Source of the DNA: a virus
Lineage: Duplodnaviria; Caudoviricetes
Strand: one strand, 5' to 3'
IMG/VR virus record: IMGVR_UViG_3300031867_000002
Location: 32,001-96,000 of that record
DNA length: 64,000 nt
Of the stretch, positions 59,101 to 64,000 are shown one piece after another. Each line of letters starts with the position of its first letter. Position 1 is the first letter of the stretch. Below the pieces are notes generated by a model. That model ran no database searches. It was not told where the DNA came from and worked only from the letters and a program-made list of their open reading frames with translations. A program made the position numbers and the translations under genes.

Positions 59101-60919
59101 ATGTCATATAAGGAATAGTATGATTCAATATAAATCTATCTTCACTATTCCGTTTATAATATTCTACATCAGCTTCATATTCTTCTTGCGTCTTATCATT
59201 TCTACTTACTACATTGTGATTAGTTATATATTTATCAGTAATGATTGTATCTGCTTGATAAAAGTATTGCTCTAATTCAGCATCTGTGATAGTATTGAAG
59301 TTTATATCGGATAATATATCAGAATCAAATACTCCCAATATACTATAGATTTCATATTTAATTCTACGATAGTAATAAGTATTTAATGCAAAGTCTTCTG
59401 TTTCTGAATATAAGTTATCAAAGTATCTTTTTATTCTTTCTGCTATAGCTTTACCAAAACCAGTTAGATAAGTATTACGATTTCTTAAATAATATATTCC
59501 ATGAGCTGAACTATCATGATTATAAATATCTATATCAAACCAGTTTACTCTTTCATTTCTCATAAATGTATCTATAAAACTATTAACAGGTTGTAATTCT
59601 TTTATAGAGGATAATGGTTTAGAAATCATATCTGCTATAACTTGTTTATCAGCAAGCTGTCTATTAGATAGAGTATCTTCAGTTTTCTTATCAATCAATT
59701 CATAATTATATACATGAGAGTTAATAAAGTCTGCATCGTCTACATTATACTTTACGTTTGTTAATGGCACTTTATTATTAGAGATGTCTGTTCTAGGACC
59801 AATCCAATAATTTCTATTGGTACCATACTTAGGATTTACATCATCTTCTGTATAAAAGAAAAAATCATTTCTATGAAGCTTTTTAGTTTTCATAAGATAG
59901 TATGTGTATATAGTAATACTATCATCATCAAATAACTCTAATATATCTACTATATTTCTATGAGAAGATTTGTATTTAAGTAGTGTATTGACATTCTTAA
60001 TAATACGAATTTGATATTTTACTGGAATCTCTTTATAGTAAGCAATACCATATGATTCAAATAGATAGCGAATAGTTCTGGAATCGAATACATCTTTGTT
60101 AATAATATATTCTTGTACTTCAGAAATCATGTCTACCATTGTTTGAATGATAATCAATATTTGTATAAATGCATCATAATGATAAGACATAAATCTATAA
60201 GCTTCTGAATATATAGTAGCCATAGTATATCTGCGATTTCTATCATATACACGTTTAAACTTATTCTCAATAATATCAAATGTATTTAGTTTAGGAATCC
60301 ATATAAGAGAAAAATTTACAGCTTTACGAGCAGTATAATAATCTATTCTCTTATCTCCTAGATGATAGATATATTGATAGTGTGCGTCTTCTCCATACTC
60401 AGATATAATCTGTTTCATGATACCACATGATTCAATCATAGATAATTCTTCTAGTGATAATTCATGTAAATATCTTCCAGCTAAGTCTAATGTTTTAGCC
60501 ATCTCTTGGGGTAATTCATATTGGCCCATATCTATAAAGTATTGTCTATATAACTCTGGTATTACCCAAGCATTACCAATGTCTTCATATATTTCATCTC
60601 CATATCCAGTAGCATCTATATATGCTCTTTCATCATTAAGAGTATACATTGGAGGTAATCCATTTAGCATTCTATAATAACTGTTCCATTCAAAGTATTT
60701 TTCTTCCCAATAATCGCCTTTCTTTTTTGCATTCCAAGTTCCTTCTTTAAAAGATATATAGTCTGCTGCCATCTTAGCAGAACGTACATCTTCATAGTGA
60801 AGTGCTTGGTTTTCATTCTTTACAACTGCATTCATACCAAGTATTTTAACGCAGTTTACTATAAGGTCTATATATGGGTTATCTGTATACTTCATATCGA
60901 ACTCATAATTATATTTCAT
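56153..60919 (-). CDS. Large baseplate-wedge-like virion protein
   Basis: E.NSYYRMLNGLP, LFESYGI.Y, LLKYKSS, DPFWDG and FFKSWK; AGGAGG RBS. Confidence 0.65.
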   Translation of the reverse strand: MKYNYEFDMKYTDNPYIDLIVNCVKILGMNAVVKNENQALHYEDVRSAKMAADYISFKEGTWNAKKKGDYWEEKYFEWNSYYRMLNGLPPMYTLNDERAYIDATGYGDEIYEDIGNAWVIPELYRQYFIDMGQYELPQEMAKTLDLAGRYLHELSLEELSMIESCGIMKQIISEYGEDAHYQYIYHLGDKRIDYYTARKAVNFSLIWIPKLNTFDIIENKFKRVYDRNRRYTMATIYSEAYRFMSYHYDAFIQILIIIQTMVDMISEVQEYIINKDVFDSRTIRYLFESYGIAYYKEIPVKYQIRIIKNVNTLLKYKSSHRNIVDILELFDDDSITIYTYYLMKTKKLHRNDFFFYTEDDVNPKYGTNRNYWIGPRTDISNNKVPLTNVKYNVDDADFINSHVYNYELIDKKTEDTLSNRQLADKQVIADMISKPLSSIKELQPVNSFIDTFMRNERVNWFDIDIYNHDSSAHGIYYLRNRNTYLTGFGKAIAERIKRYFDNLYSETEDFALNTYYYRRIKYEIYSILGVFDSDILSDINFNTITDAELEQYFYQADTIITDKYITNHNVVSRNDKTQEEYEADVEYYKRNSEDRFILNHTIPYMTFFDYKQNEKEYLEDMENHRDAYIFQNNYSFTVSPERYSSSYDKWTKLFRETYLIAVRSYIEGIFSDLEIDEVNNPTPQYIGWMDLNYVVGQLGKGISDFEIGDMVTTIGHDNIPIYTSAYVYEVITKDMVGQEFFRKNYDICFLKVPILDPNAYKMLERYDMRRNYDMITLADPFWDGVSTFDILTEAEREKLHQSKKQEILNKEFTIERTKYIGVEASIDLTKMSYQLSYFMNMLYDKHRDEELLMLDVDTELVSSGRVRLNDLLTFAIALNYLYQGVEPDNVASDMEKNMYINGFNFDTDWTDIYNYLQNQHHIYNNYLNKPVNDYTYIDEFGEEHTVENGYGMNPLEKGWMSERYDSFIEYVPDVYDENGKLDIQGIKTYLGEPIDLDGNAAYDRCIEYDEAQIPTGEAIKLGAFLSGRYEQCAKDCITSAKFDINFGSSDIWKYNLCNAVKYDWSTGQFSTMDLSWRPTQYPNDDNNSHGMWLNTAILNAMEENASDLERINMLKKIYYSNTNLYQHLTYMLRTAESKRMYDIYKILYDSFMETKMNHDFYRLINGDGKPVYTDKNDENSTYYIIDRVSYIKDNEGFPIFQLIDQNTEDGNPINYHFQHNADFTECSYISEDGTDTVECMYIERKYKESGIKEYYVSNDIPIEFPRGFMFPNNVYEEDNKVFIIAEEHHYMLQNSKNINIIIPVTLNDDGSINDFIEGTTTTSDYTVIVEKLEDGQIHIIVQQVDMLEPIELTLDFEWKIASDYYEYMQYRNIDLYNHLIDIKYNYSNTWDPVKQSYIPSDEKRQRIEYLCEMIVLALEKYFDKKEWRYIFNLIPTANVQNIQNYILKMVIFFKSWKTQILDTAVTYVIDDPYNNHVQILDDMYYNTTFDNLLEKIRPKEYKYFHNYTEYRDPIKIGEKIDFEEITFEEYRVTFGFGEKIYGHRFDYPEFKSNLNYRDIVSPSEKIEINVVEYTGDVTQDSNGNYLFP

Positions 60920-60950
60920 TCATATCCTCCTTTCTATAGTATTTTAATAC

Positions 60951-61409
60951 TTAGAGAGGTGTATTTTTATTATGGTCAATAACAAAGTTAGTTACTTTGA
61001 AATATACACGCTTTGCAATGATGTCATAAATCGCCTCTTCTTTATAATACAATGCTAATTGTTTTAGCATTACAGGAGATATCCTTTCGCTTACTAACGA
61101 ACAAATATCTTTACTTATCTGAATCTCTTCATCTTCTTTAATGTACCAATCTGTTTTATAGATTAGATTCATTAAAGAATATTCTTGGAAACAGCTTTCA
61201 ACTACTGTATCTAAACGAGTTTCAATATCACTTGTTATATTAAGATGTGTATCAATATCGTATTGTCTTTGGTCTAATTCTGCATATTTAAATGCTAGCC
61301 ATTTCTTAAATGAATTAAATAAGCTAATCTCAAAAACCAGTACCAGGATTAGGATTATTCCAATAATGATAAGGGTTTGAAGACTGAGTTGTGTAGATAG
61401 TACTTCCAT
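60951..61409 (-). CDS. Membrane-anchored hypothetical protein
   Basis: N-terminal TM segment LIIIGIILILVLVFEI; AAAGGA RBS. Confidence 0.7.
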   Translation of the reverse strand: MEVLSTQLSLQTLIIIGIILILVLVFEISLFNSFKKWLAFKYAELDQRQYDIDTHLNITSDIETRLDTVVESCFQEYSLMNLIYKTDWYIKEDEEIQISKDICSLVSERISPVMLKQLALYYKEEAIYDIIAKRVYFKVTNFVIDHNKNTPL

Positions 61410-62076
61410 AGTTCCTTTCACTCCAATTCTTAATTTCATTTGCTAGGGTGAGTAAGTCATTATCAGATGAACCTGTATCTTTAAAGGCGAGTCTGATGTA
61501 ATATAATAACTTATTACAAATTTCTGGTGTAATACCATTATAATAATTCTTTATAAGTTCTGTCCATTTGCCAAATACTTGATTTGGGTGAACATAGAAT
61601 AATTCATCAGCATGATACAGCTGATGTACTGTTTTAGACATCATAATAATAGGTACTCTGTTATGTTTATGCTCTTCTCTTAATGCACCTACAATATGGA
61701 AAGTTGATACCTGACCATATGTATTAATATAGTGCTCACAAATCATAAGAGCTATGTCAAAGATAGTTAATATAACATGATTCATTTCAAGTTCTGCCAT
61801 ATCAGAATTAATGTTATGCATAAAAGCACAATGGTCTAAACCAAGTTCCATTAAACTAGCTTTATATGCTTTATAGAATCTGCTATGTCTAAATTGAGAA
61901 ATAGCATTATTAATAAATCTACCATAACTATCAATATCTGTAAGAGATTCTTTTGTTTGCATTAAAGATATTTCATAAGCAGAAGATGGGCTTCTTAACG
62001 TAGGATTTCCGTTACTTAAGTACATAGTAATATCAGGGAAATCATTTCCATTAAGGATTATTTTATCTTGTTCCAT
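61330..62076 (-). CDS. HNH-like fold protein, paralog of 16689-17456
   Basis: FRHSRFY, CAFMHN, LEMNH..TIFDI and MSKTVHQLYH; AGGAGG RBS. Confidence 0.6.
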   Translation of the reverse strand: MEQDKIILNGNDFPDITMYLSNGNPTLRSPSSAYEISLMQTKESLTDIDSYGRFINNAISQFRHSRFYKAYKASLMELGLDHCAFMHNINSDMAELEMNHVILTIFDIALMICEHYINTYGQVSTFHIVGALREEHKHNRVPIIMMSKTVHQLYHADELFYVHPNQVFGKWTELIKNYYNGITPEICNKLLYYIRLAFKDTGSSDNDLLTLANEIKNWSERNYGSTIYTTQSSNPYHYWNNPNPGTGF

Positions 62077-62146
62077 ACAATTACCTCCTAACATTATTAA
62101 GTCATTATTAAATAGTTATTGATGTGAAAGTTAAAGGATTTGAATA

Positions 62147-62248
62147 TATATTATTATAGTGATTAGTAGAGGTCAGACAATGCTAATCTGAACTGCACGA
62201 GGATATGCAGAATATTAATCTTTTAGCTTTTGAAAGGAGCTATATATC
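62147..62248 (+). repeat. Early promoter plus conserved structured 5' leader, copy 2
   Basis: TAGTAGAGGTCAGACAATGCTAATCTGAACTGCACGAGGATATGCAGAATAT...GCTTTTGAAAGGAGCTAT. Confidence 0.85.
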
Positions 62249-62734
62249 ATGGAAAACAAGAAAAATGAACAACAGGTAAAATTTGAAGATTATCTTAAAA
62301 ATCTCTACGAAAAAGACAAGCCCACGACAGAAGAATTAACTCAATGGGGTTGGAACTTTAAAGTCGGCTCTGCTTTACAGATTGACCTTATTGATGCTGA
62401 AACAGACTCCGTCAAAGTTCGTTATCTCGGAAAAGAATTCCGAGTAACAATGATTGACAATGACTTGCTGGACAAAATTTTTAAGACAATTGAAGATGTT
62501 ATTTATACAACACTTCTTCTTAACTGCGACAACATGAAAGAAGAGGAAAGACAAGAGTTACTTTTCAAGTTTACAAGGTTCAAAACTCTCCTCGAAGAAC
62601 AGTATTCAAGGGGGAAGAAGAATTACAACAACAAGATTGTTGAATTAGCTAGAAAAGGCCCTGTTATTAATTCTCCTTCTTCAGATTTTAAATTTCCGAT
62701 AGTAAATACTCCTGGTAGTGAACGGAGCAAATAA
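62249..62734 (+). CDS. Hypothetical protein (early cassette gene)
   Basis: AAAGGAG RBS; terminator at 62741-62772. Confidence 0.78.
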   Translation: MENKKNEQQVKFEDYLKNLYEKDKPTTEELTQWGWNFKVGSALQIDLIDAETDSVKVRYLGKEFRVTMIDNDLLDKIFKTIEDVIYTTLLLNCDNMKEEERQELLFKFTRFKTLLEEQYSRGKKNYNNKIVELARKGPVINSPSSDFKFPIVNTPGSERSK

Positions 62735-62740
62735 AGAATA

Positions 62741-62772
62741 AAAGAACGGGACTTTACATCCCGTTCTTTTTT
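62741..62772. terminator. Terminator sharing the GGACTTTACATCC loop with 55051-55085
   Basis: AAAGAACGGGACTTTACATCCCGTTCTTTT. Confidence 0.8.
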
Positions 62773-62775
62773 ATG

Positions 62776-64000
62776 TTACTTGATATCAGATACGTTTACC
62801 CAACCAGTTACATAATTACCAACTGGAGTTTTGCCTGCATTTTCTTTTTTGTTAGTAATACGAATTCTTCCTTTAATCACTTCATCACTATACACGTAAT
62901 AAGTACCAGTCTTCTTAGAAGAATATCTGGAAGCACTTGCAGAAGCATAAAGACATGTGCTACTAAGTTTTACTTCTTTACCAGCAGTAATAGCAGTATC
63001 CTCCTTCTTAGTTTCAACAACTGGCTCTGGTGAAACAACAGGTGTACTACTACCATATACATCTTCCTTAGAAAGACCATAATAAGAGTAGAAGTCTTTG
63101 GTAACAGTGTTATTAGAAACAACCTCATTACCGAGCCATCTATAACCCTGTCTCACATCAAGATGGATTGCTGTATATGTCTTGTTGATATTTGCAATAC
63201 CACCGAATACACCTTCCATATCTTGAGCAGCACAGGAAATCTTCTTAGTAGAAATAACGGCTTTATTCTTATCATAGAATACTACGTCTGCAGCATCACC
63301 GACAGAGTGTTTACCAGCAAATCCATTCATATTAGTATCGTATTCAGGACAACGATATCCACTGTTTACGATAATCATAGAGCAGTCAAATTTCTCAAAC
63401 AGTTTTTCAAGACCAGCAACAAGTCTAGTATTGATTACAATATCATGCTTTTTACCACACTTACACTTGAACTCTTGCACATTAAAATGCTTAGATAACT
63501 GGGTCTTATCACTATAAGCATAATGTTTCTGTTCATATGTGGTTGTAGAAGAATCAATAGGATAAGTTACATTTGTATGTTCTACTACCACTGGTGTAGG
63601 TGTTACAACTTCACCATTCTTAGTATAACCATTATAACCACCCTTTTGAATAATTTCTGGATAATTATCTACATAACAGTAGTTCATATCAAATTCACAA
63701 GAGATTCCATTAAGTCTTCCCTTAGAAGAATACTGCCACATCTTATGTCCAGTATAAGAAGTAGAAGAAGCATAATGTGCAAGCCAGATATCATATCTAC
63801 CATCTTGTATATCACTAGGAATAAAGCTTCTAAACATAGAATAGTAAGAATATAGACCTACATAATAACCAGCATTCTTTACAGTATCCATGAAGTTAGT
63901 GATTACTGCTCTAGCAACAGACTTATTCTTTTGTCCTTCTGCTCCTGGAAATGCTTCATAGTCAAACATAACAGGATATTCAAACTTCTTACCTTTCACA
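62776..64000 (-). CDS. Endolysin: GH25 muramidase + peptidase M15 + SH3-like cell-wall-binding domain (5' end outside the window)
   Basis: YPVMFDYE, WLAHY, MWQYSS.G, DMN; HFNVQEFKCKCG, NSGYRC, H..G.AAD, IHLDVR; terminal VTGWV. Confidence 0.88.
   Translation of the reverse strand, partial: VKGKKFEYPVMFDYEAFPGAEGQKNKSVARAVITNFMDTVKNAGYYVGLYSYYSMFRSFIPSDIQDGRYDIWLAHYASSTSYTGHKMWQYSSKGRLNGISCEFDMNYCYVDNYPEIIQKGGYNGYTKNGEVVTPTPVVVEHTNVTYPIDSSTTTYEQKHYAYSDKTQLSKHFNVQEFKCKCGKKHDIVINTRLVAGLEKLFEKFDCSMIIVNSGYRCPEYDTNMNGFAGKHSVGDAADVVFYDKNKAVISTKKISCAAQDMEGVFGGIANINKTYTAIHLDVRQGYRWLGNEVVSNNTVTKDFYSYYGLSKEDVYGSSTPVVSPEPVVETKKEDTAITAGKEVKLSSTCLYASASASRYSSKKTGTYYVYSDEVIKGRIRITNKKENAGKTPVGNYVTGWVNVSDIK

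Noticed and set aside
1-64000. CRISPR array
   Set aside because: No run of equal-length direct repeats with unique spacers. The repeated terminators and leaders are dispersed and flank genes.
1-64000. Stop-codon reassignment
   Set aside because: Core genes are full length in the standard code, and TAA, TAG and TGA all end genes at sensible boundaries.

Overview
This 64 kb, very AT-rich window comes from a jumbo bacteriophage of the phiKZ/AR9(PBS1)-like type. The host is most likely a Gram-positive Firmicute, judged from strong AGGAGG RBSs, a GH25/M15 endolysin and BspA-type LRR modules. It encodes split multisubunit RNA polymerase subunits from two apparent enzymes, NAD-dependent ligase, RecA/UvsX, a tubulin/FtsZ-family protein, prohead protease, type IIA topoisomerase A and B, Dda-like and DnaB-like helicases, an SbcD-like nuclease, baseplate/virion proteins, a GAF-domain holin candidate, an endolysin and tRNA-Gln(UUG). 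Two promoter classes can be read directly: early TATATTAT-N4-GTGA and late AAC[A/T]-N6-TA. Main observations: (1) A BspA-type LRR solenoid is split across genes. Its N-half ends a 1771-aa virion protein, and alternative C-halves sit on two DGYP-repeat adaptors, each paired with a variable adhesin, suggesting a plug-in receptor-binding system. (2) About ten self-contained early-gene cassettes (promoter, structured leader, unrelated ORF, terminator) are scattered between core genes. They share leaders with covariation and share terminators, and one tandem pair is joined at a CATG start-codon overlap. (3) Short candidate late RNAs have 5' ends complementary to their own terminal hairpin loop. (4) Other oddities are an orphan MazF-HTH, a RelE/ParE-like gene beside gyrA, an RlmN-like enzyme lacking the resolving Cys, and strong GATC depletion. 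All family assignments come from motif recognition by eye; no database searches were run.
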